Source: Spirochaetota bacterium (GTDB lineage: Bacteria > Spirochaetota > Spirochaetia > Treponematales > UBA12059). Taken from it: a stretch of 64,000 nucleotides of DNA. The translations under genes and the position numbers were made by a program. The stretch is from NCBI GenBank assembly GCA_018816345.1, contig JAHIWG010000139.1:15769-79768 (forward strand), in the 5' to 3' direction. The notes under the pieces were generated by a model, which was not told the DNA's origin, made no database searches, and was given only the letters and a program-made list of their open reading frames with translations. This document shows positions 20,776-32,141 of this stretch, in pieces; position 1 is the stretch's first letter, and every line of letters begins with the position of its first letter.

Positions 20776-22416
20776 ATGAAGCAGCGATCGCATGGAATAG
20801 CCGCCCTTAAGCGGATCGAGGAGCGCTATAGCGGGAGTCCCGTGAACGAGCGCATTAAAAGCAGGAATCTCGGCGTCGTGGTCGTCGCCGTCGCGGGCGC
20901 GTCCATCGTGCTGAGCGCCGTCCACGTCGCCACGGGGAAGCCTTCTAATCTCGTCACGTCGCTGCCCGCGATCGCGGCCTCCCTCATCGCGTTCGCGTTC
21001 CTATCGCGGGGGGCGTACCGCGCGACCAGCACCGTCTACCTGATAGCGCTCTCGATTATCCCCTTCGCCGCCGCGACTATCCAGGAGCCGCTCGGTTACC
21101 GCGACCTCTATATGTACCTATTGTTCTGCGTCCCGTTCCTCGTGCTATCGCTCATCGTAGGATATAGCCGATACCAGCTATGGGCTGTAGGGACTATCCA
21201 GGCGGCGCTCGGCGCGGTCTATACGGCCACGAGCATCGTCCCCAACGCCGGAGGCTCGCTGGCGGGCATTTCCTTCGGCCTCGTATTCGGCTTCATTTTC
21301 CATTCGCTCGCGGTCGCGTTCCTGACCATAAGCTTCGACGTGGAAAAAGCCATCATCAGCGACCTCGCCAGGAACGAGGCGGCCGCCGTCTCGAGGATGG
21401 AGTGGCTCGCGGGCCTCCTGCGGTCGTCCGAGGAGACGCTGTCGGTAGGGTCGGAACTCTCGCGGGTCGCCGAGTCCTCCGCGAGAGGCGCCGGGGATAT
21501 AGCCCGGGAAAGCGGCAACGCCCGTATCCTGCTCGGGGCCCTCGGGGGGACGGTAAGGGATAGCGCCGAGGAGAACGAGCGGCTCGCTACCGGAGGCCGC
21601 CGCGTTAAGGACGAGATGAAGTCGCAGACGGCGGCCGTCTCGCGGTCTACGGCCGCCGTCGAGGAGATGAGCGCGGCTATCCTGCAGATGACAAAGTCCG
21701 CCAAGGAGAAAGCGGAAGTCTCCGCGGAGCTGGCCGCCGAGGCGGCGGCCGCCGACGAAGCGTTCTCCGGGACAGTCCGTTCACTCTCCGACCTCGAGGC
21801 GTCGTCGGCCGAGGTCCTGGCGGTCATCTCCGTCATCGAGGAGATTGCCTCCAGGACTAACCTCCTCGCGATGAACGCGGCCATCGAGGCCGCGCACGCC
21901 GGCGAGCGCGGCAAGGGCTTCGCGGTCGTGGCGGCCGAGATACGCAAGCTCGCCGAGGAGACTAACGAGAATTCGAGGAAGAGCAAGGCGATACTCGTAA
22001 AGAACAACCGCGATATCAGGGCCGTCGTCGAGAGCGGGGAATCGAGCAAGGAGAGGCTCCGCGGGATCCAGCGCAAGACCGTAGAGGTCAGGCAGGCCCT
22101 CGACGAGATGATAGGCGGGATGTCGGAGATAGCCATAGGCACGGGCGAGATAAACGAGGTCATAGCCAACCTCCGCGCTATTCAGGGGGCGGTGATCGCC
22201 TCCGTCGACGATATGGGCTCGATCATAGACAAGGCCCGCTCCGGCTTCTCCGGGCTCGAGTCGAAGGCGGCGCAGGCGACGCTCATCGTGGAGGGCATCT
22301 CCTCCCAGGCCTCGGACCTGAGCGCCAGGGCCGAGGAGGTCAGGAGGATAGGCCTCGACAACGAGACGGCCATCAAGGGCTTCAAGGAGTCCCTCGACAG
22401 GCGCGGAGAGGCGTAG
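20776..22416 (+). CDS. Methyl-accepting chemotaxis protein with polytopic membrane N-terminal module
   Basis: Contains [34 protein letters not shown]. The first 190 aa or so are about six hydrophobic helices with no periplasmic domain. Confidence 0.9.
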   Translation: MKQRSHGIAALKRIEERYSGSPVNERIKSRNLGVVVVAVAGASIVLSAVHVATGKPSNLVTSLPAIAASLIAFAFLSRGAYRATSTVYLIALSIIPFAAATIQEPLGYRDLYMYLLFCVPFLVLSLIVGYSRYQLWAVGTIQAALGAVYTATSIVPNAGGSLAGISFGLVFGFIFHSLAVAFLTISFDVEKAIISDLARNEAAAVSRMEWLAGLLRSSEETLSVGSELSRVAESSARGAGDIARESGNARILLGALGGTVRDSAEENERLATGGRRVKDEMKSQTAAVSRSTAAVEEMSAAILQMTKSAKEKAEVSAELAAEAAAADEAFSGTVRSLSDLEASSAEVLAVISVIEEIASRTNLLAMNAAIEAAHAGERGKGFAVVAAEIRKLAEETNENSRKSKAILVKNNRDIRAVVESGESSKERLRGIQRKTVEVRQALDEMIGGMSEIAIGTGEINEVIANLRAIQGAVIASVDDMGSIIDKARSGFSGLESKAAQATLIVEGISSQASDLSARAEEVRRIGLDNETAIKGFKESLDRRGEA

Positions 22417-22422
22417 CTTCGC

Positions 22423-23322
22423 CTAGCGCCTATCTCCCGGCGCCTCTCGCGCCTTGGACGGCCATTGCGCGATGAACGTGCCTCCGAGCATGACGGCGCA
22501 GCCGATAAGCTCTCGCGCGCCCAGCCGTTCCCCGAGGAATAGGAAGCCGGCGAAGGCGGCGAACGGGGACTCCAGGGACATGATGATGGAAGCCCTGGCG
22601 GGATGGGCCTTGCTCTGCGCGACGGCTTGCAGGGTATACGCGATGCCTATGCTGAACAGCCCTCCGTAGGCGATAGGCAAGGCGGCGGCCCTGAAATCCG
22701 CTATCGACGGGGCCTCGGTAGCGAAGGCGCCCCCCCAGCAGATCGCCGAGCAGACGGCGAACTGCACGCAGGCCAGCGCCAGGGGGTCTACCTTCGCGGC
22801 CCATCGGTCCAGTACCAGTATGTGAGCCGTCCAGAAGAACGCGCTCGCCAGGACCAGGGCGTCGCCCCTGTTAATAGAGGCGGGGGCGGAGAACGAGAGG
22901 ACGTACAGCCCGGCGAGCGCGCACGCGGCCCCTATCCAGGCCCTGACGGGGGTACGCCGGCCGAAAACCATGGCCGCGATAGGGACGAGGACGACGTAGA
23001 GGCCGGTTATGAAGCCGGCCTTCCCCGCGCTCGTGTACTGGAGGCCCGACTGCTGGAAACCCGCGGCGACGGCCAGCACGGCGCCCGCGGCGGTACCGGG
23101 AACGAGCGCGGCGCGCACCGTAGAGAGGCTCGCCTTCCGCGCGACTAGCAGGGGTACGAGGGCCAGGGAGCCGACGAGGAATCGCGCCGCGTTATAGGAG
23201 AACGGCCCGAGATCCAGCATGCCTAGCCGCTGGGCCACGAAACCGGTTCCCCAAATGGCCGCCGTGATGAATAAGAGCGCCTCGTACCGGGCCGCGCCGG
23301 GGGCGTTATAGGTTCGTTCCAT
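22423..23322 (-). CDS. EamA/DMT-family transporter
   Basis: 299 aa with about 10 TM helices arranged as a duplicated EamA-type repeat. Confidence 0.85.
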   Translation of the reverse strand: MERTYNAPGAARYEALLFITAAIWGTGFVAQRLGMLDLGPFSYNAARFLVGSLALVPLLVARKASLSTVRAALVPGTAAGAVLAVAAGFQQSGLQYTSAGKAGFITGLYVVLVPIAAMVFGRRTPVRAWIGAACALAGLYVLSFSAPASINRGDALVLASAFFWTAHILVLDRWAAKVDPLALACVQFAVCSAICWGGAFATEAPSIADFRAAALPIAYGGLFSIGIAYTLQAVAQSKAHPARASIIMSLESPFAAFAGFLFLGERLGARELIGCAVMLGGTFIAQWPSKAREAPGDRR

Positions 23323-23444
23323 CGCGCGAGTGTACCGGCCGGCGGCCGCCTAGGCAAGCCGGGCGGCGGGAGCCGTACGGGCGGTTCCCGATATCGCGCG
23401 CAGCGTAGGCGCCATAACCCGCCAGGGCATGCTAGAATCGCGGC

Positions 23445-24530
23445 ATGAACCCGAGCATTCCGCGCGCCGTCGTCGCGCTAGCCGCAGCGGCCGCTATAGT
23501 CGTATGCCTCTCGTCGTGCTGGTACTCGAAGCAGGCGGCGTTCTTCCTTTCCGAACGCGCCGGGGCCGTACCCGTCTCCAAGGTCGCGGCAGACTCCTCG
23601 ACGCCCGAGAGAGTGGCGTTATTCCTTTCAAACGTCGAATCGATCAGGAGCTTCGCGGTCGACCGGGCGGGCCTCTCGTCGACGAAGAACTATACGCGGT
23701 ACGTGACGACCGATAAGGGCTACGTCGCGGACGTCGTCTCCGCCTGCGCCGCCGACTCGTTCGACCGGCATTATTGGCGCTATCCGGTAGTTGGGGCCCT
23801 GCCCTACAAGGGATTCTACGAGAAGGCCGACGCCGACGCGGAGGCCGCCAGGCTCAAGGAGGCCGGGCTCGACGTCATCGTCAGGAAGGTCGACGCGTTC
23901 AGCTCCCTCGGTTTCTTCAAGGACCCGCTCTATTCGTTCATGGCCGACTACGAGGAAGACGAGCTAGCGGAACTGGTACTGCACGAATCGGCCCACGCGA
24001 CCCTGTTCGTCAAGGGCGCCGATCAGTTCAACGAGGAATTCGCGACGTTCGTCGGCCGCGTAGCTACCGACGTATATATCGAGGAGCGCTACGGCCCTGA
24101 CAGCGACGTCAAGACCCGACGGGCATCCAGGCGAGCGGACGGGCAGGCGTTCGTCGCCTTCCTTAAGGAAACGGCCAGGCGGTTAGGCGAGCGTTACGGC
24201 GACGAGTCTATGTCGAAGGGCGATAGGCTCGCCGAGAAGGCGGCAATAATCGCGGCGCGCGCCGAGGAGTATAGGATCGAGGCGCCGACTCTGTTCGCCG
24301 GCGACGGTTACAGGAATTTCGACATGGGTTCCATAAACAACGCATATATCGATCTGTATAGGCTCTACGAGGAAGACCTGGGGCTGTATCAAAGGTATTT
24401 CGAGGTCGTCGCGTCCGGCTCGATTCGTGAATTCGTGTCGAGCGTGTCGGCTCTAGCCGCGACGGCGAGAAAAGACGTCAAGCGACAGATGGAAATCAGA
24501 TTAGACCACGATACCCGGAGGAGCGAATAG
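23445..24530 (+). CDS. Putative zinc aminopeptidase (COG4324-type)
   Basis: Signal/lipoprotein-like N-terminus (SSC), the HExxH motif in LVLHESAHATLFV, and NEEFATFVG downstream. Confidence 0.65.
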   Translation: MNPSIPRAVVALAAAAAIVVCLSSCWYSKQAAFFLSERAGAVPVSKVAADSSTPERVALFLSNVESIRSFAVDRAGLSSTKNYTRYVTTDKGYVADVVSACAADSFDRHYWRYPVVGALPYKGFYEKADADAEAARLKEAGLDVIVRKVDAFSSLGFFKDPLYSFMADYEEDELAELVLHESAHATLFVKGADQFNEEFATFVGRVATDVYIEERYGPDSDVKTRRASRRADGQAFVAFLKETARRLGERYGDESMSKGDRLAEKAAIIAARAEEYRIEAPTLFAGDGYRNFDMGSINNAYIDLYRLYEEDLGLYQRYFEVVASGSIREFVSSVSALAATARKDVKRQMEIRLDHDTRRSE

Positions 24531-24531
24531 C

Positions 24532-25923
24532 ATGGAGAAAGCATGGGAACGGGAATTCGAGCTACGCAGGGGAGCGAGGCCGCCGTCCGGGGCCGCGAGC
24601 GATTGGACGGGCGTAGGCACGGTGCTCGAGGCGAGGAAAGCCCTCCTCTCGATGCTATGGTACAGCGAGGTTCCCGGCTCGAGGGCTCCCGAGCGCGCGT
24701 TCGTGGACATGATACAGGCCTGGAACGAGCGCGGCTTCGACGTCGCCGAGGCGGAGGCCTCCATCGACGAGGCGATAGCCGCGAACGATAGGGGCGATCA
24801 CGGAGCCCTCGAGGTAGCGAGCGCGCGTATCCTGGCCGCCCTCGCGAGGGCGAAGCCGGAGAAGGGCAATCCCAGCTGGGATTTCGCCCGCCCCGAGAGC
24901 TACGACGATATACGAGCCGCTTTCCCGAAGTCGCGCCCGTCCCTCCCGCCGCTAAAGAGCGGAATACCCGAGCGCGTGCTGTCCGGATGGATTGGGCAGA
25001 TAGCCGGAGGCTCGTACGGTACCGCGCTCGAGGGGTATACGGGGGACGTCCTCCGGGAGACGTTCGGGGAACGGATGTCGGGCTACGTCGTGCCTCCCGA
25101 GAGCCTGAACGACGACGTCACCTACGAGCTGGCGGCGCTCAGGGCCATCGAGGAATCCGGCGACGGCTTTTCCGCTCTCGACGTAGGCCGGGAGTGGCTG
25201 CGGATCATTCCCTTCGGCTGGAGCGCCGAGATGATAGCCCTCGACAATCTCCGCCGGGGAGTCATGCCCCCCGCCTCGGGGCGCGAGGGCAATTGGTTCT
25301 CGGAATGGATAGGCGCTCAGATGCGCACGATGGTCCACGGCTTCGTGGCCGCCGGAGACCCTGACAGGGCCGCCTCGTACGCGTGGAGGGACTCGGTGGT
25401 CTCGCATACGGGCAACGGCGTCTACGGCGGCATCCACGCGGCCGTCATGACCTCGCTCGCGTTCCGCTACGACGACGCGAGGGAGCTCCTCGCCGCCTCC
25501 CGCGCGTGGATCCCCGACGGCACCGAGTTCGCGTCGGTGTTCGACGAGGCCCTGGCCGCCGCGCGCGCCTCCGAGGGGGCCGTCGAGGCCTGGAAGCGCG
25601 TTGAGCCTCGCTTCAGGCGCTTTAATTGGATACACGTGTTCCCCAACCTCGCGGCGGTGGTGATAGGTCTGTGGTTCTCGCGCGGCGACATCGGGACGGC
25701 GTTCAGGGCCGTCGCCGATTGCGGCCTCGACGTCGATTGCAACGCGGGCGAGGTAGGATCGATCCTAGGCGCGATGAACGGCTACGTCGGGACGGCGTGG
25801 AGCGATCCACTAGGCGGGGTGCTGGAGACCTACGTGCCGGGATACGAGCGGGTCACGTTCGAGGAGCTGCGCGACTGGACGATGCGGGTATCGGACCGCG
25901 CCGCCCGCGAGGCTGGTCGCTGA
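24532..25923 (+). CDS. ADP-ribosylglycohydrolase-family protein with N-terminal extension
   Basis: C-terminal ...GLDVDCNAGEVGSILGA... and central ...GGSYGTALEG... resemble the ARH metal-binding motifs. It starts 1 nt after the aminopeptidase stop and has a GGAGGAG SD. Confidence 0.6.
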   Translation: MEKAWEREFELRRGARPPSGAASDWTGVGTVLEARKALLSMLWYSEVPGSRAPERAFVDMIQAWNERGFDVAEAEASIDEAIAANDRGDHGALEVASARILAALARAKPEKGNPSWDFARPESYDDIRAAFPKSRPSLPPLKSGIPERVLSGWIGQIAGGSYGTALEGYTGDVLRETFGERMSGYVVPPESLNDDVTYELAALRAIEESGDGFSALDVGREWLRIIPFGWSAEMIALDNLRRGVMPPASGREGNWFSEWIGAQMRTMVHGFVAAGDPDRAASYAWRDSVVSHTGNGVYGGIHAAVMTSLAFRYDDARELLAASRAWIPDGTEFASVFDEALAAARASEGAVEAWKRVEPRFRRFNWIHVFPNLAAVVIGLWFSRGDIGTAFRAVADCGLDVDCNAGEVGSILGAMNGYVGTAWSDPLGGVLETYVPGYERVTFEELRDWTMRVSDRAAREAGR

Positions 25924-25964
25924 ACCCGGCTTCCACGGCTAGGCGCCGCGACTAGAAGGCGCGA

Positions 25965-26306
25965 CTAGAAGGCGAGCCCGCCCATCGCGGCGCGCGCGGC
26001 CGCGAATACGACGACGGCGACGGCGCCGACGACCGTAGCCGACAGCGATACCAGTATCGAGGAGATAGAGAGCCTGGCCCCGGCGGCGGGGGCGGAAGCG
26101 GCGGCGACGAAGCCGGCTACGGAAAAGGCGATGGCCGCCAGCCCCGAGCCGCCCGCGCCGTACAGGCACGCGGAGAGGGAACGGCCTGAAAGAGAGCCGA
26201 GGCTCCCTGCGACGTAGAGCGCTAGGCAGACGGAGGCCGTAAAGGCGAACGACGCCGCCAGCCGTACGAGCAGGACCCGCGTCAGGTTGGCTACGTCACC
26301 CCTCAT
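25965..26306 (-). CDS. Small hydrophobic membrane protein (113 aa)
   Basis: Ala/Gly-rich ORF with 3-4 TM helices. Its start overlaps the lon stop by 4 nt. Low complexity limits confidence. Confidence 0.4.
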   Translation of the reverse strand: MRGDVANLTRVLLVRLAASFAFTASVCLALYVAGSLGSLSGRSLSACLYGAGGSGLAAIAFSVAGFVAAASAPAAGARLSISSILVSLSATVVGAVAVVVFAAARAAMGGLAF

Positions 26307-28765
26307 ACGGTAGGAGCAGCCTTTGCCGGCTTAGTCGGCTCGGCGGCGGGAGACTTAGCGACGGGGCGCTTGGCAGGTCTCTTCGCGCCGGGCTTGGCGT
26401 CGGGCAGCAATTCCGAGAAGGCGTCGGCTATCGTGGAGCAGAAGCGGAACTGCATCTCCGAGGCGACTTCCGAGGGGATATCGTCTATGTCCTTGCGATT
26501 GGCCTCCGGAAGCATGACCTTGGTGATCTTGTTGCGGTGAGCGGCGAGGATCTTCTCCTTGACTCCGCCTATGGCGAGGATTCGGCCCGTTAGCGTTATC
26601 TCGCCCGTCATGGCCCACCCTGCGGCGAGCGGCCGTTCCGTCAAGGCGGAGGCTATGGCGGCCGCCAGCGTTATGCCGGCCGAAGGGCCGTCCTTCGGGA
26701 TGGCTCCCTCGGGCACGTGGATATGCAGGGTCCGGCCGGAGAAGCTCTTGGGCGATAGGCCGTAATCATGGGCGTGGGCCCGCAAGTACGTCAGCGCGGC
26801 CCTGGCGCTCTCCTTCATCACGTCGCCTAGGTTACCGGTAAGGATAAGCTCGCCCTCGCCCTCGAATCCGGACGCCTCGACGGGAAGCACCGTCCCGCCC
26901 ATCTCGGTCCAGGCGAGGCCGCAGGCGAGGCCGGGGCCCGGCTCCGAGAAGACTAGGTCGTTCTCGTGCCGGCGCTTTCCAAGCAGCTTCTGGAGCGACG
27001 CGGCCGTCACGGTGCGCTTGAAATCTGCTATAGGCTTCTTGGGATCGGCGTAGCCAGCGGCTACCGCCTGCTCGGCGATTTTCCTGACGACGCGGGCTAT
27101 CTCCCTCTCAAGGGACCTGACGCCCGACTCCATGGTATAGTGCCTGACGATCTCGAGGACGGCGTCGTCCCTTATGCGGAGGCCGGAGCCCCCTAGCCCG
27201 TTCTCCGATATCTGCTTGGGGACTATGAAATGCTTAGCTATCTCGAGCTTCTCGTATTCGCTATACCCGGGTATCTCGATTATCTCCATGCGGTCGAGCA
27301 GGGCGTACGGGATGGAATGGACGCTGTTGGCGGTCGTGACGAACATGACGCCCGATAGGTCGTAGGGAAGCTCGAGGTAATGGTCGACGAACGACGAGTT
27401 CTGCTCCGGATCGAGGACCTCGAGCAGGGCGCTCGCCGGGTCGCCCCTGAAATCGCTTGACATCTTGTCGATCTCGTCCAGGAGGAATACCGGGTTGGAA
27501 GTGCCGGCCTTGCGCATGCTCTGGAGCATCTTGCCGGGCAATGCCCCTACGTAGGTCTTGCGATGACCGCGTATCTCGGCCTCGTCTCGTACCCCTCCGA
27601 GGCTCATCCTAACGAAATCACGCCCGAGGGCCTTGGCGATGGATCGTCCCAGGCTCGTCTTTCCCGTGCCGGGCGGCCCGACAAGGCATAGTATCGGGCC
27701 CTTGAGGGAATCGTTGAGCTGACGTACGGCTATGAACTCGAGGATGCGCTCCTTGGCCTTCTTCATGCCGTAATGGTCCTCGTCGAGGGCTCGCTTCGCC
27801 GCGTCCAGGTCCTTAGAGTCTACGGTCTTGGCCGACCAAGGCAGGTCGGCGAGCCATTCGCAGTAGCCGCGAATGACCCCGGCCTCTGGGGAGAGCGCCT
27901 GAAGCTTCGAGAGGCGTCCTATCTCCTTGGCGGCCTTGTCGAGGACGTCCTTCGGCGGAGCCTTGGACTCGATCCTCTTCAGAAGCTCCGCGAACTCGTT
28001 CTCGTCGTCCTCCCGGCCGAGTTCCTTGTTAATCTCCTTGATCTGCTCCTGGAGGAAATAGTCCTTCTGGGACTTATCCATCCTGGCGCGGACCTTCTGG
28101 GAAATCTTACGCTGTATCGTCAGTACCTCGATGTCCTGCGAGAGGGCCTGGGCGGTAGCCTCCAGCCTTTTCCTCAAGGGTATGACCGCGAGCAGATCCT
28201 GTTTCCGCTCCGTCTTCAGCCCCATCGCGTTGGCCACGGTGTCGCATAGCTTATGCGGGTCGTCGGAGCGCTGGACGCCGTGCAGGGTCTCGTTGGGGAC
28301 CTTCTTCACGAGCTCGGCGTAGGAGGCGAAATCCCTCCTCACTATCTGGACGAGGGCTCCGAATTCCTTGTCGTCCTCGCCGGGGGCCTCGTCGTCGGCA
28401 AGCTCCTCGACGACCGCTCCCAGGTATTCCTTTCGGAACACCGTGCGCCTGAGCCTCGCCCGGCGCTGTCCCTCCACGAGCAGTCGGACCGAGCCGTCCG
28501 CTAGCCGTATAGCCTGGAGCACGTGGGCTACGGTGCCTACCTCGTGCACGTCTATGTCGTTGGCGCCGTCGGCCGGGAGGTTCTTTAGAAGCGAGATGAA
28601 GATCTTCTTATCGCCCTTGCCGGCGACGTCGGAAGCCGCCACGCAGAATTTCGTGGCGGCCAGTATCGGGGCTATCGTATGAGGGAACACGACGGCGTCC
28701 CGGACGTAGACGAGAGGAATTTCCGTTGCGTCCCCCTTGGGACGCAGGGAATCCAGTATGCTCAT
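26303..28765 (-). CDS. lon: ATP-dependent Lon protease
   Basis: LON N-domain, AAA+ Walker [10 protein letters not shown], and the proteolytic site DGPSAGIT. Confidence 0.97.
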   Translation of the reverse strand: MSILDSLRPKGDATEIPLVYVRDAVVFPHTIAPILAATKFCVAASDVAGKGDKKIFISLLKNLPADGANDIDVHEVGTVAHVLQAIRLADGSVRLLVEGQRRARLRRTVFRKEYLGAVVEELADDEAPGEDDKEFGALVQIVRRDFASYAELVKKVPNETLHGVQRSDDPHKLCDTVANAMGLKTERKQDLLAVIPLRKRLEATAQALSQDIEVLTIQRKISQKVRARMDKSQKDYFLQEQIKEINKELGREDDENEFAELLKRIESKAPPKDVLDKAAKEIGRLSKLQALSPEAGVIRGYCEWLADLPWSAKTVDSKDLDAAKRALDEDHYGMKKAKERILEFIAVRQLNDSLKGPILCLVGPPGTGKTSLGRSIAKALGRDFVRMSLGGVRDEAEIRGHRKTYVGALPGKMLQSMRKAGTSNPVFLLDEIDKMSSDFRGDPASALLEVLDPEQNSSFVDHYLELPYDLSGVMFVTTANSVHSIPYALLDRMEIIEIPGYSEYEKLEIAKHFIVPKQISENGLGGSGLRIRDDAVLEIVRHYTMESGVRSLEREIARVVRKIAEQAVAAGYADPKKPIADFKRTVTAASLQKLLGKRRHENDLVFSEPGPGLACGLAWTEMGGTVLPVEASGFEGEGELILTGNLGDVMKESARAALTYLRAHAHDYGLSPKSFSGRTLHIHVPEGAIPKDGPSAGITLAAAIASALTERPLAAGWAMTGEITLTGRILAIGGVKEKILAAHRNKITKVMLPEANRKDIDDIPSEVASEMQFRFCSTIADAFSELLPDAKPGAKRPAKRPVAKSPAAEPTKPAKAAPTV

Positions 28766-30021
28766 GCGCTCTTCTTCAGGCCTTCGACGATTGGCGGGCT
28801 CTTCGAAACCACCGTATCGCGGGTCACCACGACCCGCTTGTTCTCGGAGTCGCTCGGCAGGTCGAACATCACGTCGACGAGCAGGTTCTCCACGATAGAC
28901 CGCAGTCCGCGCGCGCCGGTGTTCCTAGCTATGGCCTGATCCGCTATGGCGTCGATGGCCTCGGGGGCGAAGACGAGCTCGGCCCCGTCGATCTTGAAGC
29001 TTTCCTGGAACTGCCTCAGTATGGAGTTCTTCGGCTCCGTTATGATGCGCTTGAGGTCGGCGGCCTCGAGGTTGTCGAGGGCTACCTGGATGGGGAGCCT
29101 GCCTATGAATTCCGGGATCATGCCGAACTTCACCAGGTCGTCCGGATGAATGTTCATGAAGAGTTCCCGAAGCCCTATCTTCGTCTTGGACTGGACCTCG
29201 GCGCCGAAGCCGAGGGCAGCCTTGGCGACCCTGGACTCGATCGTCTTATCCAGCCCGACGAACGCGCCGCCGCAGATGAAGAGTATATTGGTCGTATCGA
29301 TCTTTATATATTCCTGCTGCGGATGCTTCCTGCCGCCCTGGGGAGGCACGTTAGCGACGGTCCCCTCGATTATCTTGAGGAGGGCCTGCTGCACGCCTTC
29401 TCCCGATACGTCGCGGGTAATGGAAACGTTCTGGGTCTTTCGGGCAATCTTATCTATCTCGTCGATATAGATGATGCCTTTCTCGGCCAAGGATACGTTG
29501 CCGCCTGCGTTCTGTATCAGCTTGAGGAGGATGTTCTCGACGTCCTCTCCTACGTAGCCGGCCTCGGTAAGGGTCGTCGCGTCGGCTATGGCGAAGGGTA
29601 CGTTGAGCTTCTTCGCGAGGGTCCGGGCCAGGAGCGTCTTCCCGGTCCCGGTAGGTCCAAGGAGCAGGACGTTCGACTTCTCTAGCTCCACGCCGTCGGA
29701 GAGCGTATGCTGGTTGGCGATGCGCTTATAGTGGTTGTACACAGCGACCGACAGGATCCTCTTGGCGTAGTCCTGGCCTATGACGAACTGGTCGAGATAG
29801 TCCTTTATGTCCTTGGGCTTGGGGACGTCGGTGGTGAAGTCGCCTGCGGCGGCGCTCTCGTCCTCCGATAGGATCCTGTTGCAGACCTGTATGCACTCGT
29901 CGCAGATATAAACGCCGGGGCCGGCGATGAGGCGCTTAGCGAATTCGGCGGACTTGCCGCAGAAGGAGCACTCGTGGGAATCGTCGCCGTCGGAACCTTT
30001 ACTTGCTTTCGACCGGGCCAT
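28762..30021 (-). CDS. clpX: ATP-dependent Clp protease ATP-binding subunit ClpX
   Basis: Zinc-binding N-terminus CSFCGK...CDEC, Walker A GPTGTGKT, and the IGF-type loop (GFGA). Confidence 0.97.
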   Translation of the reverse strand: MARSKASKGSDGDDSHECSFCGKSAEFAKRLIAGPGVYICDECIQVCNRILSEDESAAAGDFTTDVPKPKDIKDYLDQFVIGQDYAKRILSVAVYNHYKRIANQHTLSDGVELEKSNVLLLGPTGTGKTLLARTLAKKLNVPFAIADATTLTEAGYVGEDVENILLKLIQNAGGNVSLAEKGIIYIDEIDKIARKTQNVSITRDVSGEGVQQALLKIIEGTVANVPPQGGRKHPQQEYIKIDTTNILFICGGAFVGLDKTIESRVAKAALGFGAEVQSKTKIGLRELFMNIHPDDLVKFGMIPEFIGRLPIQVALDNLEAADLKRIITEPKNSILRQFQESFKIDGAELVFAPEAIDAIADQAIARNTGARGLRSIVENLLVDVMFDLPSDSENKRVVVTRDTVVSKSPPIVEGLKKSA

Positions 30022-30619
30022 GCTTCCTCCGTTCGAGTATCGAATCGACCAGCCCGTACTCGACGGCTTCCTGGGCGGACATGAAGAAGTCGCGCTCCAT
30101 GTCTTGAGAGACGCGCTCTATCGACTTGCCGGTGTGCTGGGAGAAGTACTCGACGGTCATGCGCTTCATCCGGATTATCTCGCGGGCCTGGATGCTGATA
30201 TCGGAGGCCTGGCCCTGCACCCCGCCCCAGGGCTGGTGTATAAGGATACGGGAGCTCGGCAGCGCCATACGCTTGCCCGCCGCGCCGCCCGCGAGCAGGA
30301 GCGCGCCCATGCTCGAGGCCTGGCCCACGCATATTGTCTTGACGTCGGGCTGGACTATCTGCATCGTGTCGTAGATAGCGAGCCCTGCGGTCACCGCGCC
30401 TCCGGGAGAGTTGATATACAGGTCAATATCCTTCTCGGCGTCCTGGGACGCGAGGAAGAGCAGCTGCGCCACGACCAGGTCGGCCGTAAGGTCGTTTATC
30501 TCGCCGTCCACGAAAACGATACGGTCCTTAAGGAGCCGAGAATAGATATCGTAGGAACGCTCGCCTATTCCGGTCTGCTCAATGACCACCGGGACGAGGT
30601 TATGCATCTTCTCAATCAT
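29999..30619 (-). CDS. clpP: ATP-dependent Clp protease proteolytic subunit
   Basis: [16 protein letters not shown]...[11 protein letters not shown]...IHQP contains the Ser-His-Asp family motifs. The start was set to the ATG at 30619 (GAGGT SD). The track start at 30637 is TTG. Confidence 0.95.
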   Translation of the reverse strand: MIEKMHNLVPVVIEQTGIGERSYDIYSRLLKDRIVFVDGEINDLTADLVVAQLLFLASQDAEKDIDLYINSPGGAVTAGLAIYDTMQIVQPDVKTICVGQASSMGALLLAGGAAGKRMALPSSRILIHQPWGGVQGQASDISIQAREIIRMKRMTVEYFSQHTGKSIERVSQDMERDFFMSAQEAVEYGLVDSILERRKHGPVESK

Positions 30620-30639
30620 GGTGTACCTCGAGGTCAAGA

Positions 30640-31998
30640 TTACTCATTTTCCTTGAATAAGTCCACGAACGCGACCTTCTTGCCCTTCTTGACCTTTATC
30701 TTCTTCTCAAGATCGACCAGGAGCCTGTCTTCCTTGATCCTATCCTTGAGGTAATCTACCATCCCGCGGCGCTCGTACTCCGACTTCACCTCGTCGACCG
30801 AGAGGTTGGAGTCAGCGGCCATCTTGGCGTACTCGGCGGCGACGTCGTCGTCGGAGGCCTCGTAGGATCCCTCGGCGACGAGCTTATCCATCACGAGGCG
30901 GGTCTTTATGGCCTTCTCGGCGTCGGGCCTCCACTCCTCGCGGAGCTGCTCGACCGAACGGCCGCTCATGCTGACGATCTGGGCTAGGCGCTCCTCGTTC
31001 TCGATGCCCATGCGCTGCATAAGGTTCCGCGTGCGCATCTCCAGCTCGGCCGCGACCATGGAAGCGGGCAGCTCGACGGAGGACCTCTCAACGAGCGCGT
31101 CGATTATGGCCTTCTCGCGCATTGACTTTAGGCGATCCGCGAGGCGCTTCTCCAGCTTAGCCTTGACGTCGGCCTTGAGGTCGTCGAGGGTGGCGAATTT
31201 CTCCGAGACGTCCTGGGCCAGCTCGTCGTCGAGCGCGGGGAGCTTCTTCTCCTTGAGCTTGGAGAGAGTTATCTTAATCTTCTTCGTGAGTCCCGCGAAC
31301 TCCGCGTACTCGAAATCGGCTGGGAAGGTCTTGTCTATGGTCTTTTCCGAGCCCTTCTTCATGCCGACGACCTCGTCGTCGAACTTGTAGAGGTTATGCC
31401 CGGTCCCGATCTCGAAGACGAAGTCCTGGCGCTCGGTGCCCGCGATGAGCACGCCGGAATCGTCGAGCTCGGAATAGTCGACAGTCGCGATATCGCCCTT
31501 CTTGGCGGCGGACTTGTCGTCCTTATCCATGACGATGGCGTTGCGCTCGCGGATCTCGTCGAGCTCGCGCTCCTCGTCCGCCTTGGCTATGGCTACCTGC
31601 GGCAGCTCTATCTCGGCCCCGGCGACGTCGCCCGCGGCGACCTCGGGGAACACGTCGTAGGTTACCGAGAACGAGAAGTCGGCGTCGAGCTCGAACTTGG
31701 GCTCTCCGTCGAGGGACGGCTGCGCGTAGGACAGCGGAACGAGAGTCTCGCCCTCCAGGGCCTTCTCCACGGCCTCGTCCATGACGCGGCCCATGGCGTC
31801 GAGCTTGAGCTGCGAGCCGAATTTCCTCTCGAGTATGGTCGTGGGAACCTTGCCCTTGCGGAAGCCGTCTATCCTGATGTTCTTCGCGTAGTCCTTGAGA
31901 AGCCCCTCGTACGCGGCGCGGACGTCGTCCTTGCCGACGGTTACGGTGAGCTTGACGGCCGAGCGTTCGAGTCTCTCGATGTTCTTTGTAACGACCAC
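30640..31998 (-). CDS. tig: Trigger factor
   Basis: N-terminal ribosome-binding region (...FRKGKVP...), an FKBP-type middle domain and a C-terminal arm domain. The start was trimmed to the GTG at 31998 (GAAGGGG SD) because the longer track ORF runs into tRNA-Gly. Confidence 0.9.
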   Translation of the reverse strand: MVVTKNIERLERSAVKLTVTVGKDDVRAAYEGLLKDYAKNIRIDGFRKGKVPTTILERKFGSQLKLDAMGRVMDEAVEKALEGETLVPLSYAQPSLDGEPKFELDADFSFSVTYDVFPEVAAGDVAGAEIELPQVAIAKADEERELDEIRERNAIVMDKDDKSAAKKGDIATVDYSELDDSGVLIAGTERQDFVFEIGTGHNLYKFDDEVVGMKKGSEKTIDKTFPADFEYAEFAGLTKKIKITLSKLKEKKLPALDDELAQDVSEKFATLDDLKADVKAKLEKRLADRLKSMREKAIIDALVERSSVELPASMVAAELEMRTRNLMQRMGIENEERLAQIVSMSGRSVEQLREEWRPDAEKAIKTRLVMDKLVAEGSYEASDDDVAAEYAKMAADSNLSVDEVKSEYERRGMVDYLKDRIKEDRLLVDLEKKIKVKKGKKVAFVDLFKENE

Positions 31999-32097
31999 GT
32001 GTCTACCCCTTCTTATTGGCGGGCCCGCGCGCGGGCCGCTAACGTTCGTATACGGAAGCGCCCCGGATACGATGTGGGTATCGGAGGCGTTATCGAC

Positions 32098-32129
32098 AAA
32101 AAAAAAGACGATCCGGGATTCTCCGGACC
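32098..32129 (-). terminator. Rho-independent terminator after tRNA-Gly
   Basis: Minus-strand RNA has a 7-bp stem, GGUCCGG (32123-32129) paired with CCGGAUC (32110-32116). After 3 nt this is followed by a run of nine U (32098-32106). Confidence 0.7.
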
Positions 32130-32141
32130 GCCTTCGCGTCG

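Noticed and set aside
28726-29685. 319-aa plus-strand ORF (and many similar 100-400-aa ORFs in the track, e.g. 45608-46831, 31396-32202, 42163-43011, 8845-9894, 19201-19860)
   Set aside because: They lie antisense to, or out of frame within, strongly identified genes (clpX, mutS2, tig, yebC, the helicase, the MCP). Their products are Arg/Gly/Pro-rich and low in complexity. They are the shadow ORFs expected in GC-rich DNA.
32098-32106. A9 homopolymer as a possible phase-variable or slippery tract
   Set aside because: It is intergenic and forms the U-tract of the intrinsic terminator that follows tRNA-Gly on the minus strand.
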